NCBI GenBank assembly: GCA_963663235.2
Contig: CAXXNO010000006.1
Coordinates: forward strand, 32,001-96,000
DNA from: Dehalococcoidia bacterium
GTDB taxonomy: Bacteria; Chloroflexota; Dehalococcoidia; Bin125
Direction of reading: 5' to 3'
Length of the DNA: 64,000 bases
Shown: piece after piece, positions 28,347 to 38,650 of the stretch
How positions within the stretch are numbered: the stretch's first letter is position 1
How the letters are laid out: each line of letters starts with the position of its first letter
The notes under the pieces: generated by a model
Database searches by the model: none
What the model was told of the DNA's origin: nothing
What the model saw: the letters and a program-made list of their open reading frames with translations, nothing else
Translations under genes and position numbers: made by a program

Positions 28347-28363
28347 CGGCAGGCATCGAGGCT

Positions 28364-29167
28364 TTGATGGCGCGATCGTTGCGGTTGGTGCATACCTCCG
28401 ACATCCACCTGGATGCGTACCGCGGCAGCGGGGAGTCGGTCTGGGAGGAACGGCGCATCCTCATTCGGGAGTCGTTCCAACGGGTCATTGCACTCACGCG
28501 GACGGTGGGCGCCGACGCGTTGCTCGTTGTCGGCGATGTGTTCGACTCCAACCGCGTAGACCACGAGACGGCGGAATGGTTCCTGGATCAGTGCGCAACG
28601 CTCGCGCCGACGCCGGTCATCGCCATCAATGGCAACCACGACGCGCTCGGCGACGGCTCCGTCTATGACCGGCACGACGTACGTCGGGTCGAGAATCTGT
28701 ACTTCCTGCTTGAGCCGGCCGGCTCGCTGTTGGTTCTCGAAGAGTTGGACCTGGTCTGCTGGGGTCGTGGCTATCACGACACCGATTGGGAGTATCGGCC
28801 GCTGGCTGGCTTGCCGGAGCGGATGGATGGGCGCTGGCACGTGGCGCTGGCACACGGGCACCTGTTCTCCGGCCCCAGCGATGCGCACCGCTCAATGCTC
28901 ATCGAACCAGAGGAGATTGCGGCCAGCGGCTGGGACTACATCGCACTGGGCCATTGGGAGCGGCACTATGCCGTCAGCCAGGCACCGGTGGCGGCGGCCT
29001 ACTCGGGCGCGCCTATGCCCCTATCGCTGCGCAGCGAAAGCGGTGGAGGCGTGCTGGTCGTGGATTGCGAGTCGGGGCGGGGAGTGCGCTGGCGACGCAT
29101 ATCGATCGACGGGCGGCCGCAGCCGGCTGAGGGCCCGTCAGATGGTCTGAGCGAAGAGCGGCGCTAG
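28364..29167 (+). CDS. Mre11/SbcD-like metallophosphoesterase
   Basis: VHTSDIHL, VGDVFD, NGNHD, LAHG, YIALGHWE, YSG. Confidence 0.88.
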   Translation: MMARSLRLVHTSDIHLDAYRGSGESVWEERRILIRESFQRVIALTRTVGADALLVVGDVFDSNRVDHETAEWFLDQCATLAPTPVIAINGNHDALGDGSVYDRHDVRRVENLYFLLEPAGSLLVLEELDLVCWGRGYHDTDWEYRPLAGLPERMDGRWHVALAHGHLFSGPSDAHRSMLIEPEEIAASGWDYIALGHWERHYAVSQAPVAAAYSGAPMPLSLRSESGGGVLVVDCESGRGVRWRRISIDGRPQPAEGPSDGLSEERR

Positions 29168-29448
29168 GGCGCGATCTCAGCCACCTTGGCTCGCTGGGCG
29201 GCCTTGTCCTCATACCAGAGGGCGTTGATCTCGGTATATGCGGCCCACTCGTCGGGCACGTCATCCTCCGCGAAGATGGCGGTTACGGGACAGGCCGGCT
29301 CGCAGGCACCACAGTCGATGCATTCGTCCGGGTGAATATAGAGAATCCGGTCGTCGTCGCCGTCGAAGTGGATGCAGTCCACCGGGCACACCTCGACGCA
29401 GGACTGGTCCTTGACGTCAATGCAGGGCTCAGTGATGACGTAGGTCAT
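29164..29448 (-). CDS. fdxA: 7Fe ([3Fe-4S]/[4Fe-4S]) ferredoxin
   Basis: MTYVITEPCIDVKDQSCVEVCPVDCIH...CIDCGACEPACP. Confidence 0.95.
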   Translation of the reverse strand: MTYVITEPCIDVKDQSCVEVCPVDCIHFDGDDDRILYIHPDECIDCGACEPACPVTAIFAEDDVPDEWAAYTEINALWYEDKAAQRAKVAEIAP

Positions 29449-29524
29449 TGCCGCGCCTTCCTCCCTCGCTCCCCGTCCGTCCCAGCAGGACCCGGGCGGG
29501 CTTGAGCAGCGTACTCCGTCCCCT

Positions 29525-29553
29525 CTTATATCGTCTGTCCTGTGCCAAGGCAA
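29525..29553 (-). promoter_or_regulatory. Sigma70 promoter of the ferredoxin gene
   Basis: Minus strand TTGCCT-17 nt-TATAAG. Confidence 0.55.
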
Positions 29554-29818
29554 CCACTGACAGTCGTCCGTGACAGCAGTTATCGGTGAGTGGTGTTTTC
29601 GACCTCGCCCTCTCGTTATCGGATCCAGGCGCGTGAGGCTGGCTGGCGTCGAAGAAGGCCCGGAAACGCCCCCCAGCGCTCTGGGACAGGCTTATACAGG
29701 GCGGCCTGCCCCATGCTCGCGATGCGGTGCTTGAGGCTGGTGCGTAGTCCCTCGCAGCGGCCTGGTGAAGTCTGGACGGCTCGGGCATCTTGACGTACGC
29801 GGGTGTGCGCCGCGCCGG

Positions 29819-32818
29819 CTAGCGTGCGGCCACCCGGCGCGCCGTGGCGCCGCGCCGGCCTTTCTCGCCGTGCCGCCCGTCGCCGCCGGCCGCGCCTCGG
29901 CGTTTGGCCCGCCGGCGGCCGTTGCCCGCGATCGGATCCGGAGGTGTGCCGTGTTCAGCGATCTTGGCGCGCAGGAAGCGACCTGTGTGGCCCTCCGTTT
30001 GAGCCGCGATCTCCTCCGGCGTTCCGGTTGCGACAAGCCGGCCGCCGTGGTCTCCGCCCCCTGGGCCGAGATCGATGATGTAGTCGGCGTTCTTGATCAC
30101 GTCCAGGTGGTGCTCGATCACGACAACCGTGTTGCCGCCGTCGACCAGCGCTTGCAGCACTCTCAGCAGCGCAGCGATGTCGTGGAAGGAGAGGCCCGTA
30201 GTGGGCTCGTCGAGGAGGTAGAGCGTCCGGCCCGTGCTCCGCTTGGAGAGCTCGGTGCTGAGCTTCACGCGCTGGGCCTCGCCGCCGGACAGGGTTGTGG
30301 CCGGCTGTCCCAGCTTGATGTAGCCGAGCCCCACCGCCTGGATGGTGTTCATCTTGCGACGCACGGACGGGATGGCGGCGAAGAACTCCGCCGCCTCGTC
30401 CACCGTCATGTCCAGGACATCGGCGATGGTTTTGCCCTTGTAGTGGATCTCGAGCGCTTCGCGGTTGTAGCGTTTTCCCCGGCAGACCTCACAGGGGACC
30501 GTCACGTCGGGGAGGAACTGCATCTCGATCGTGTTGTAGCCGTCGCCTTGACACGCCTCGCAGCGTCCTCCCTTCACATTGAACGAGAAGCGCCCGGGCT
30601 TGTAGCCGCGCATCCGCGCCTCCGGAACCGACGCGAACAACTCGCGGATGGGTGTGAACGTGCCCGTGTAGGTGGCTGGGTTGGATCGCGGCGTGCGGCC
30701 GATGGGCGACTGGTCGATGTCGATGATTTTATCGATGTGCTCTAAGCCTTCGATCTTGCGCACTTTCCCGGGCCGAACCTTCGCTTGGTGCAAGTATTGC
30801 GCCGTCTTGCGGTACAGGATCTCCTCTACCAGCGTGCTTTTGCCCGAGCCGCTGACGCCGGTGACGCAGATGAACGTAGCCAGGGGAAAGGCGACGTCGA
30901 TGTTGCGCAGGTTGTGCTGTTCAGCGCCGCGCACCCAGATGTTTTGACCGTTGCCGGGCCGACGTGAGGCGGGCAAATCGATCTCTTTGCGCCGGGCGAG
31001 GTATGCGCCTGTGAGCGAAGTGGGGTGAGCGATGATCTCGGTGGGGGTCCCCTCCGCGACCACCTCTCCCCCGTGCTCGCCGGCGCCGGGCCCCATGTCG
31101 ATGAGGTGATCGGCGGCGCGCATCGTCGCTTCGTCGTGCTCGACAATCAGCATCGTGTTGCCGAGGTCGCGCAGTCGCTTGAGCGTGCTGATCAGGCGTG
31201 CGTCGTCCAAGGGGTGGAGGCCGATCGAGGGCTCGTCACAGACGTAGAGCACGCCCATGAGCGATGAGCCAATCTGCGTGGCCAGACGGATCCGCTGCGC
31301 CTCGCCGCCGCTGAGCGATCCGGCCGCGCGATCAAGCGTCAGGTATTCGAGTCCTACGTCGACGAGGAAGGTCACGCGAACGTGGATCTCCTTGAGAATC
31401 TGCTGCGCGATGGTTTGCTCCCGCTCCGTGAGAGGGGCATCGGGCCCGGCCATGCGCTCCGACCAGCGGTGCGCCTCCGCCACCGACTTGCGGGTCACGT
31501 CCACGATGCTCAAGTCGTCTACTCGGACGGCCAGCGACTCCGGCCGCAGGCGTGCGCCCTGGCAATCGGGGCAGGGCACGGCCGCCATGTATCGCTCGAT
31601 CTCGCCGCGTACCCAGTCCGAGTCGGTTTCCTGGTGGCGACGCGTGAGGTTCGCGACCACGCCCTCGTAGGTGGTTTCGTAACGATGGGAGCGCCCGGAC
31701 TGGCTTCGGTAGCGCACCACGATCGGCTCCTCGCTGCCGAAGAGCACCACCTGGAGCGCTTTCTTGGACAACTCTTCGATGGGTGTCCCGGTGTCGAAGC
31801 CGTAGACCTCGCCCACGGCTTCGAGAAGGCGCGCGTACCAAGCGGTGGTGGTGGACGCTCGCGCCCACGGCTCGATGGCCCCGTCGACGATGGACAGCAC
31901 GGGGTTGGGGATGACCAGGCGCGGATCCACCTCCATTTTCACGCCCAGGCCGGTGCACGTCGTGCAGGCACCGTGCGGGCTATTGAAGGAGAAATTCCGG
32001 GGCGCGAGTTCCCCGATCGAGTAGCCGTCATCCGGGCAGGCGAGCGCCTCGGCGTAGATCCGGTCCCTATCTTCGCCGGTCACGGCCACGTGCATCGTGC
32101 CGCCGCCGAGCTTGAGCGCCTGCTCTACGCTGTCGGCCAGCCGCCCCGCGAGGGCGGCGCGCTCTTCGGGCTCGTCCTCCGCTGAGATCGCGACCCGATC
32201 CACCACGACATCAATGCTGTGGCGGCGGCTCTTGGCCATCTTGATGGGCTCGTCGAGAGAACGCACCTCTCCGTCGACGCGCACGCGCACGAAGCCGCCC
32301 TTGCGGGCGTCCTCCAAGACCTGCGCATGCTCGCCCTTGCGGTCCTTGACCACCGGCGCCAGGATTATCAATCGACTGTCGGCTGGGATCTCCAGGATGG
32401 CGTCCACGATCTGCTGGACGGTCTGCTGCGTAACGGGCTTGCCGCAAACGGGACAATGCGGGCGTCCGGCGCGAGCGAACAGCAGGCGCAGGTAGTCGTA
32501 GATCTCGGTCACTGTCCCCACAGTCGAGCGGGGGTTGTGGCTGCGCGACTTCTGATCGATCGAGATGGCCGGAGAGAGGCCTTCGATGTAGTCGACATCG
32601 GGCTTTTCCATCTGCCCCAGGAATTGGCGCGCGTAGGCCGAGAGTGACTCGACATAGCGACGCTGCCCCTCGGCGTAGATGGTATCGAAGGCCAGCGACG
32701 ACTTCCCGGAGCCGGAGATGCCCGTGATCACCACGAGCTTGTCTCGTGGGAGAGTGACGTCGATGTTCTTGAGGTTGTGCTCTCTCGCTCCGCGGACGAC
32801 GATGCGGTCTAGCGGCAC
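29819..32818 (-). CDS. uvrA: Excinuclease ABC subunit A
   Basis: [33 protein letters not shown], two LSGGEAQR motifs, Zn fingers. GTG start after GAGGAG. Confidence 0.98.
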   Translation of the reverse strand: MPLDRIVVRGAREHNLKNIDVTLPRDKLVVITGISGSGKSSLAFDTIYAEGQRRYVESLSAYARQFLGQMEKPDVDYIEGLSPAISIDQKSRSHNPRSTVGTVTEIYDYLRLLFARAGRPHCPVCGKPVTQQTVQQIVDAILEIPADSRLIILAPVVKDRKGEHAQVLEDARKGGFVRVRVDGEVRSLDEPIKMAKSRRHSIDVVVDRVAISAEDEPEERAALAGRLADSVEQALKLGGGTMHVAVTGEDRDRIYAEALACPDDGYSIGELAPRNFSFNSPHGACTTCTGLGVKMEVDPRLVIPNPVLSIVDGAIEPWARASTTTAWYARLLEAVGEVYGFDTGTPIEELSKKALQVVLFGSEEPIVVRYRSQSGRSHRYETTYEGVVANLTRRHQETDSDWVRGEIERYMAAVPCPDCQGARLRPESLAVRVDDLSIVDVTRKSVAEAHRWSERMAGPDAPLTEREQTIAQQILKEIHVRVTFLVDVGLEYLTLDRAAGSLSGGEAQRIRLATQIGSSLMGVLYVCDEPSIGLHPLDDARLISTLKRLRDLGNTMLIVEHDEATMRAADHLIDMGPGAGEHGGEVVAEGTPTEIIAHPTSLTGAYLARRKEIDLPASRRPGNGQNIWVRGAEQHNLRNIDVAFPLATFICVTGVSGSGKSTLVEEILYRKTAQYLHQAKVRPGKVRKIEGLEHIDKIIDIDQSPIGRTPRSNPATYTGTFTPIRELFASVPEARMRGYKPGRFSFNVKGGRCEACQGDGYNTIEMQFLPDVTVPCEVCRGKRYNREALEIHYKGKTIADVLDMTVDEAAEFFAAIPSVRRKMNTIQAVGLGYIKLGQPATTLSGGEAQRVKLSTELSKRSTGRTLYLLDEPTTGLSFHDIAALLRVLQALVDGGNTVVVIEHHLDVIKNADYIIDLGPGGGDHGGRLVATGTPEEIAAQTEGHTGRFLRAKIAEHGTPPDPIAGNGRRRAKRRGAAGGDGRHGEKGRRGATARRVAAR

Positions 32819-32935
32819 GGACCTCGGGCTCCTCGGGTGTGGCGCGGGCGGCTTGGGGCGCTCTCTCCTGGGTCGAGTGTAGCATCGGGCGTCCGCATCA
32901 GCCGTTTTCCAGGCTTGCCGGCGCGAAGCGGCCGG

Positions 32936-33565
32936 ATGGCGGGGCAAGACGAGGTGGCGATTATCTCCGTCCGGACGTTCGCGGCGCTCGCCGCGGTGCT
33001 CGCCCTGGCGATGGCGACGCCCGTAGAGTCGTCGGAGCCGGCCGGAGCGGGGGAGCCGGGGGCGGCGCTGCTCTCCCTGCTCAATCCCGGCGGCTCGACC
33101 CGCGTCGCCACCGTGCGCTCCGGCGGTGAACCGGGCGGCGGGGATCTCGTGGATACGCTCGCCGTCCCTGCGCTCGACACCGTCACGCTGGAGGTGCTGG
33201 TCCCCGCCGAGCCCACCGAGTTCAACGTCACCTGCTCAGGCTGCCACAGCGTGGTGTTCGCAGTCGCCGCGGGACAGCGGATCATCGTCATCCTGGCCGG
33301 CGACGGCGATCCGCCGCCCTTCCGCAGCGACCTGGTGGTCGCGAACGAGAGCGCGGTTCGCCATGTGGGAGCGCTGCGCACGGGCGCACGGTCGGGCACG
33401 GGGCGTGCGCTGTTGCGCTTCGATTTGGCTCCGGGCGAGGCAGTGTCGGTGGGGCTGCGCCTGCCCGCGGATCGCCTGCTGGACCTCAATCTGGCCTGCC
33501 CGGCGTGCGCGCCACAGGCCGCTCGCATCGGCAACGGCGTCGACCTCGAGATGGTCATCCGATAA
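32936..33565 (+). CDS. Hypothetical secreted protein
   Basis: Signal-peptide-like [18 protein letters not shown]. Contains CSGCH and CPAC. Fills the gap between uvrA and polA. Confidence 0.6.
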   Translation: MAGQDEVAIISVRTFAALAAVLALAMATPVESSEPAGAGEPGAALLSLLNPGGSTRVATVRSGGEPGGGDLVDTLAVPALDTVTLEVLVPAEPTEFNVTCSGCHSVVFAVAAGQRIIVILAGDGDPPPFRSDLVVANESAVRHVGALRTGARSGTGRALLRFDLAPGEAVSVGLRLPADRLLDLNLACPACAPQAARIGNGVDLEMVIR

Positions 33566-33588
33566 GCCCCCAGCCGTATACTCGCGGC

Positions 33589-36348
33589 GTGAGCCGGCCT
33601 GCTGCGAAGGAACCGTCGACGGACAAGAAGCTCGTCATTCTGGACGGGCATGGCATCATCTACCGCGCCTATTTCGCCGTGCGGGAGCCGCTCATCGTGC
33701 AGCGGAGCGGCGAGACGGTGACAGCGGTTTACGGTTTCACGAACACGCTGCTGCGGGTGATCGACGAGCTCAAGCCCACGCATGTGGCGGTGGCAATGGA
33801 CACCCCCGGCCCCACGTTCCGCCACGAGCGCGATGCGACGTACAAGGCGCATCGCGCTGAAGCCCCTGAGGATCTGGGTCCTCAGATCGAGCGCACGCGC
33901 GACGTCATCGAGGCGTTCAGTATCCCCATCTATGAGGCTCCCGGCTTTGAGGCGGACGATGTGCTGGCGACGCTGGCCGACCAAGGCACGGAAGCCGGCG
34001 TCGAGACATGGATCGCCACGCTGGATAGCGACCTGCTGCAGCTGGTGCGCCCCGGCGTCAGCGTGTTCATGTATCGCCCCTACCAGCGTGACACTGTTCT
34101 CTACGACAGCGCCGAGCGCGTTCGCGATCGCTACGGTGTCGATCCGCTGCAACTGATCGACCTCAAAGGCTTGAAAGGGGATGCGTCCGACAATATCTCT
34201 GGCGTGCGTGGCATTGGCGAGAAGACCGCCGTGAAGTTGATTAAGGCGTTCGGTTCGGTCGAGCAGGTCTACGAGCGCCTGGATGAAGTCGCGCCGGAGC
34301 GGGTGCGGAAGGCGTTGGTGGAGGGTCGAGAGGCGGCGTTCCACTCCAAGGAGATGGTGACGATCCGCCACGACGCGCCGGTCACCCTGGACGTGGACGG
34401 TTGCGCCATCCATGCGTACGACCGAGATCGCTTGCTGAAGCTCTTCCTGGAGCTGGAGTTTCGCAGCCTCATCGATCGCTTGCCGGAGTCCGCCATGGAA
34501 CCGGCGGTCGGCGCACGCCAGGAACCAGAGGAGACCGACTACGCGGTGCTGCGCTCGTCCGAGGCGCTCAAGGCGTGGCTGGAAAATGCACGGAAGGCGC
34601 CGCTTCTGGCCGTGGACCTGGAGACATCCAGCCAGGACACCCTGCGCGCGCGCATAGCGGGCTACTCGCTCTCCGTTGCTCCCGCGCAAGCCGTCTACGT
34701 GCCGGTGGAGCACGCCGACGACGGCGAACCGCAGCTCGACCCCGAGGAGGCGCGGATGATCCTGCAGCCCGTGCTGGAGGACCCGTCGATCCCCAAGGTG
34801 CTGCACAACGCCAAGTTCGACATGAAAGTGCTTGCTCGCCACGGCGTGAAGCTGGGCGGCCTCCAAGACGACACGATGATCGCCGCCTATCTCTTGGGCG
34901 AAGCGGCGCTGGGACTGAAGACGCTGGCATTGGAGCGCTTGGGCGTCGAGATGACGCCGATCACCGATCTGATCGGCACCGGCAAAGATCAGCGCACGAT
35001 GTGCGATGTGCCCGCCCGCGATGCGGCCGCGTATGCCTGCGCCGACGCCGACATGACGCTGCGGCTGCAGGCCTACTACGCGGAGCGCTTCATGCAGGAG
35101 CCGCAACTGCATCAACTCTACCGCTCGCTGGAGATACCGCTGGTCCAGGTACTGGTCGAGATGGAACTGCGCGGCGTCGCGCTGGACGCGGACGCTCTGC
35201 GCGATATGGCCGTCGACCTGGAGAGCGCTATCGGGCGCAGCGAGCAGTCGATCTACGAATCGATTGGGCATGAGTTCAACATCGCTTCGCCCAAGCAACT
35301 GGGCAGCGTGCTGTATGAGGAGCTGCAATTGCCCAAGGGCCGTAAAGTGGCTCATGGGTACAGCACCGACGCTCGCACGCTGGAGCGGCTGGCCGGCGTC
35401 CATCCGGTGGTTGAGCAGATCCTCCAGTACCGTGAGCTGACCAAGCTCAAGTCGACCTACGTCGCCACGCTGCCCTGTCTGGTCAACTCGGAGACCGGCC
35501 GGATTCACACAGATTACAAGCAGACCGTGGCAGCCACGGGCCGCCTTTCCTCGGAAAATCCCAACCTGCAGAACATCCCGGTGCGGACGGAGCTGGGGCG
35601 TGAAATCCGTCGCGCCTTCGTGGCGCGCGACGGCGAGGCGATGCGTTTTCTCAGCGCCGATTACTCCCAGATCGAGCTGCGCGTGCTGGCTCATCTTTCC
35701 GGCGATCCGGGATTGATCGAGGCCTTTCGCCGCAACGAGGATATCCACGCCGCCACCGCTGCCGGAGCGTACGGCGTCGAGCCCGGCGACGTAGACGACG
35801 AGATGCGCCGCGTGGCCAAGATGATGAACTTCGGCGTGATCTACGGATTGACGGACTTCGGCCTGGCTCAGCGATCGGGCATGGAGCGCAAGCAGGCGCA
35901 GGAGTTCATCGATGGCTACTTCGCTCGCTTCGCTAAGGTGCGCGACTGGATCGAGGCGATCAAGGCGTCGACGCGTGAGCGCGGCTATGCCGAGACGCTG
36001 CTGGGCCGTCGGCGCAATATCCCGGAGATCCGGTCACCGAACTTCCAGGCGCGTGCGGCCGCGGAGCGCGTGGCAGTGAATATGCCGGTTCAGGGCACCG
36101 CCGCCGACGTCATCAAGAGCGCCATGCTGCAAGTCAACGAAGCCTTGAACGAGCGCGAGATCGAGTGCCGCATGCTTCTCCAGGTGCACGACGAGCTGAT
36201 CTTCGAATTACCCGAGCGTGAGGCGCCGGAAGTAGCGGCGCTGCTGGAGGCCGTGATGCCGAGCGCGATCGAGATGGTGGCGCCGCTGCAGATCGATCTC
36301 AAGCTCGGCCCTAACTGGGGAGACATGACGCGCTACATTCCCGCGTGA
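33589..36348 (+). CDS. polA: DNA polymerase I
   Basis: LDGHGIIYRAYF, EADDVLATL, GDASDN, TGRLSSENPNLQNIP, ADYSQIELR, LQVHDEL. Confidence 0.98.
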   Translation: MSRPAAKEPSTDKKLVILDGHGIIYRAYFAVREPLIVQRSGETVTAVYGFTNTLLRVIDELKPTHVAVAMDTPGPTFRHERDATYKAHRAEAPEDLGPQIERTRDVIEAFSIPIYEAPGFEADDVLATLADQGTEAGVETWIATLDSDLLQLVRPGVSVFMYRPYQRDTVLYDSAERVRDRYGVDPLQLIDLKGLKGDASDNISGVRGIGEKTAVKLIKAFGSVEQVYERLDEVAPERVRKALVEGREAAFHSKEMVTIRHDAPVTLDVDGCAIHAYDRDRLLKLFLELEFRSLIDRLPESAMEPAVGARQEPEETDYAVLRSSEALKAWLENARKAPLLAVDLETSSQDTLRARIAGYSLSVAPAQAVYVPVEHADDGEPQLDPEEARMILQPVLEDPSIPKVLHNAKFDMKVLARHGVKLGGLQDDTMIAAYLLGEAALGLKTLALERLGVEMTPITDLIGTGKDQRTMCDVPARDAAAYACADADMTLRLQAYYAERFMQEPQLHQLYRSLEIPLVQVLVEMELRGVALDADALRDMAVDLESAIGRSEQSIYESIGHEFNIASPKQLGSVLYEELQLPKGRKVAHGYSTDARTLERLAGVHPVVEQILQYRELTKLKSTYVATLPCLVNSETGRIHTDYKQTVAATGRLSSENPNLQNIPVRTELGREIRRAFVARDGEAMRFLSADYSQIELRVLAHLSGDPGLIEAFRRNEDIHAATAAGAYGVEPGDVDDEMRRVAKMMNFGVIYGLTDFGLAQRSGMERKQAQEFIDGYFARFAKVRDWIEAIKASTRERGYAETLLGRRRNIPEIRSPNFQARAAAERVAVNMPVQGTAADVIKSAMLQVNEALNEREIECRMLLQVHDELIFELPEREAPEVAALLEAVMPSAIEMVAPLQIDLKLGPNWGDMTRYIPA

Positions 36349-36390
36349 GCGTTCGGCCTCAGAGTCCACCCGTGGTAGTGTGAGCCGGCC

Positions 36391-37245
36391 ATGTTCAGAA
36401 GTTTTGGCAACACCTGGAAACTCATCAAGATCTCCTGGCAGGTCCTGCGAAAGGACAAAGAGCTGATCTTGTTCCCGATCATGTCCGGGATCGGATTGGC
36501 GATCGTCGCTGGAGTGACCGTGGCGATCTTCGCCGCCAACGGAGCGCTCGACCGCATCGACGCGGAAGAGGGCGAATCGGGGCTCACGGGCGTCGACGCG
36601 GCAATCGGGGTCATCGGCCTGTTCGTCGGGTTCTTCATCATCAACTACTTCAACGCGGCGCTGATCGGCGCCGCCCGGGTCCGCCTCAAGGGCGGCGACC
36701 CCAACATCTGGACCGGATTCGCCGCGGTCAACAAACACATCCCGGCGGTGGCCGGCTGGGCCGTGATCTCGGTCATCGTGTTCCTCGTCCTGCAGTACCT
36801 CCGCAGTCGGCGCGGCGGGTTCATCTACAACATCGTGATCGGCTTGGTCGGGGCCGTCTGGGCGTATATGACGTTCTTTGTGATCCCGGTGCTGATCGTG
36901 GAGGGCGTCGGGCCGATCGAGGCGATCAAGCGTTCCTCCGCCTTATTCAAGCGGACCTGGGGCGAGCAATTGGTGGGCAACTTCGGCTTCGGGATTCTCT
37001 ATATCGTGGTCGGTCTGATCGTGGCGATCCCGATCGGCATCGCGTTCGCCATCTCGCCCATTGTCGGGTTCATCGTCGCGGTGCCTCTGGCCGGATTGGC
37101 CATCGCCGCCATTCAGACGATGGAGGGCATCTTCAAGGCGGCCCTGTACGACTACGTGGCTGAGGGGGTGACACCGGAGCTCTTCCCGGAGGACACCCTG
37201 CGCGACGCCTACGCCCCCGGGCCCACCGCCTACCGCGGCATGTAG
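36391..37245 (+). CDS. Conserved membrane protein (DUF6159-like)
   Basis: SWQVLRKDKELILFP, YFNAAL, TFFVIPVLIVE, AIKRSSALFKRTWGE. Confidence 0.75.
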   Translation: MFRSFGNTWKLIKISWQVLRKDKELILFPIMSGIGLAIVAGVTVAIFAANGALDRIDAEEGESGLTGVDAAIGVIGLFVGFFIINYFNAALIGAARVRLKGGDPNIWTGFAAVNKHIPAVAGWAVISVIVFLVLQYLRSRRGGFIYNIVIGLVGAVWAYMTFFVIPVLIVEGVGPIEAIKRSSALFKRTWGEQLVGNFGFGILYIVVGLIVAIPIGIAFAISPIVGFIVAVPLAGLAIAAIQTMEGIFKAALYDYVAEGVTPELFPEDTLRDAYAPGPTAYRGM

Positions 37246-37271
37246 GCCCATCACCGTCTAGGGAAGCCCAG

Positions 37272-37294
37272 GCCGCCCCATCGGGCGGCTTTTT
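37272..37294 (+). terminator. Intrinsic terminator
   Basis: GCCGCCC-catc-GGGCGGC-TTTTT. Confidence 0.85.
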
Positions 37295-37389
37295 GTCCCC
37301 CCGGGGGAAATTCGATCTCGGGCCATTTCGCCCCCTGCTCCAGATAGAGCGGTGGCCGATTTGGGTGTGGGGTGACAGAAACCGGCAGG

Positions 37390-37430
37390 GTTCCGCCACG
37401 TTTCCGCCAGGTTCCGCCAGGTTCTTGCAC
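37390..37430. repeat. Four ~10-bp direct repeats in helical phase
   Basis: GTTCCGCCAC-g-TTTCCGCCAG-GTTCCGCCAG-GTTCTTGCAC. Confidence 0.75.
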
Positions 37431-37550
37431 GGTGGCGGCAGGTTCTCGCCTCAGCGTCGTTGGGCGGCCGTGCGGCGGCGGAAAGGTCGCGGCGGGGCAC
37501 GATAGAGGGGGATGTCGAGGAGAGGCTGTGGAAGATTCCCTCATGAGCGT

Positions 37551-37579
37551 ATTATAGTACGCGATACGCGGAGTCACAA
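37551..37579 (-). promoter_or_regulatory. Near-consensus sigma70 promoter
   Basis: Minus strand TTGTGA-17 nt-TATAAT, 6 nt before an ATG at 37544. Confidence 0.65.
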
Positions 37580-37849
37580 TGAGCCTGTGAGGCAGTCGGA
37601 GGAAGATGATTTACATAAGGAATGGCTCAGGCTGGCCGGGGAAAGGGAAAGGGAGTCGGAGGCAGCACGGGTGTGGGGCGGTCCGCGCACGGGGAGCGGT
37701 GGCGGTTCTGGACGCGATGCCAGTGGGCTGCACTGGACCCGGGGGCGCTGGAGGAGCAGCGCGGGAGGGGTGCGGAGAGCGCGTAGAGCCGTAACCCTCA
37801 ACAGGAGGCTCGGTGGGTGGCGTCCGTCGCGGCGACGGCGAGGCGAGGC

Positions 37850-37867
37850 GGTAGTTGGTCAGGGTGA
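37850..37867 (+). repeat. Putative recombination-site copy A
   Basis: GGTAGTTGGTCAGGGTGA, 14/18 identical to copy C. Lies 20 nt past the stop of ORF 37888-38541. Confidence 0.55.
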
Positions 37868-37887
37868 AGGCGGGAGGCGGCGTGATG

Positions 37888-38541
37888 CTAGGCCGCTGGC
37901 CAGTACATGAACCCCGTCTGCACGACGGTGCGGTCAAAGACGTCGAAAGAACTCGCTTCCCAGTAAATGTCGAAGCCCGAAGCGCCGTCCCCCTCGATCT
38001 CGCCACCCGAGTACAACCATGGAATGGGGCGGTGCTCGTCAGCTGGGCCAAGAGCGTCCCAAGTTCCTGCAATGAACGGCGAGCCAAGACCCGCAGAGGT
38101 GGGGAGAGGCGGCGCCGGCGGGATGCCGGGTGCGCGATCGCGCACCGGGGCTATCCATACTCGAATCTTTATCGACCGCGCAGGCCCCGGGCCGACGTTC
38201 CGAAGAGCCGCCCGAACCCGGTACAGGCCGGCGAAGGAGAAGTCTTCCTCCGTGCGCTGTTGCGCTGGCTGGAGATCGAGCCGAACGACAGGCATGAGGC
38301 TGTCCAGCCGCGTCCGCCGCTGCTCGCGCACGCTCAGCCAGGCAAACCACCCCGCCAGCCCAGCAAGGAGAGCGAGGGCGTAGGCGGACCAGGCGCTGAG
38401 GGCATCGAGGGAACGATCGCTGATCCCTGCCGGATCTTCCCAGAAGGACAGCAGACTCAAGACCAGCAGTGTCACGCCAGTGCCCACGCCGATAGGCGCG
38501 ATAACGATGAACAAGCGGTGATTGACGAGTCGGCCCAACAC
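37888..38541 (-). CDS. Hypothetical membrane protein (2 TM plus soluble beta domain with N-x-G-x-G-P-A motif)
   Basis: TM segments, EQRRTRLDSLMPVV, LRNVGPGPARSI. May be 5' truncated at the adjacent site. Confidence 0.7.
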   Translation of the reverse strand: MLGRLVNHRLFIVIAPIGVGTGVTLLVLSLLSFWEDPAGISDRSLDALSAWSAYALALLAGLAGWFAWLSVREQRRTRLDSLMPVVRLDLQPAQQRTEEDFSFAGLYRVRAALRNVGPGPARSIKIRVWIAPVRDRAPGIPPAPPLPTSAGLGSPFIAGTWDALGPADEHRPIPWLYSGGEIEGDGASGFDIYWEASSFDVFDRTVVQTGFMYWPAA

Positions 38542-38543
38542 GA

Positions 38544-38561
38544 GCGAAGTGTACGACTACT
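38544..38561 (-). repeat. Putative recombination-site copy B (inverted, degenerate)
   Basis: GCGAAGTGTACGACTACT matches 10/18 to the reverse complement of copy C, with AA.TG and ACTAC kept. Confidence 0.4.
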
Positions 38562-38650
38562 CCGCCGATGGATCCGTCGTAGGGATCGAGTTCATCAACG
38601 TCAGCGGCGTTGGTGACCTCGCGACTTCCGTCGTCCGCGCCGCCGTTTAG
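38552..38650 (+). pseudogene. C-terminal remnant of a DUF2283-like protein
   Basis: YDYSADGSVVGIEFINVSG resembles the DUF2283 D...G..VGIE motif. The N-terminus is missing, with the break at site B. Confidence 0.55.

Noticed and set aside
28364-29167. Orphan SbcD-like nuclease as a defence system
   Set aside because: Host-like codon usage, embedded after glyQS, and no partner ATPase or defence context in the window.
32809-35748. 979-aa minus-strand ORF, and similar long antisense ORFs (1723-3498, 23608-25302, 40149-41570, 52872-54830)
   Set aside because: They shadow well-supported genes on the opposite strand and lack motifs; this is expected in high-GC DNA.
37380-37450. Possible CRISPR array
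   Set aside because: The repeats are ~10 bp and contiguous, with no spacers and no cas genes.
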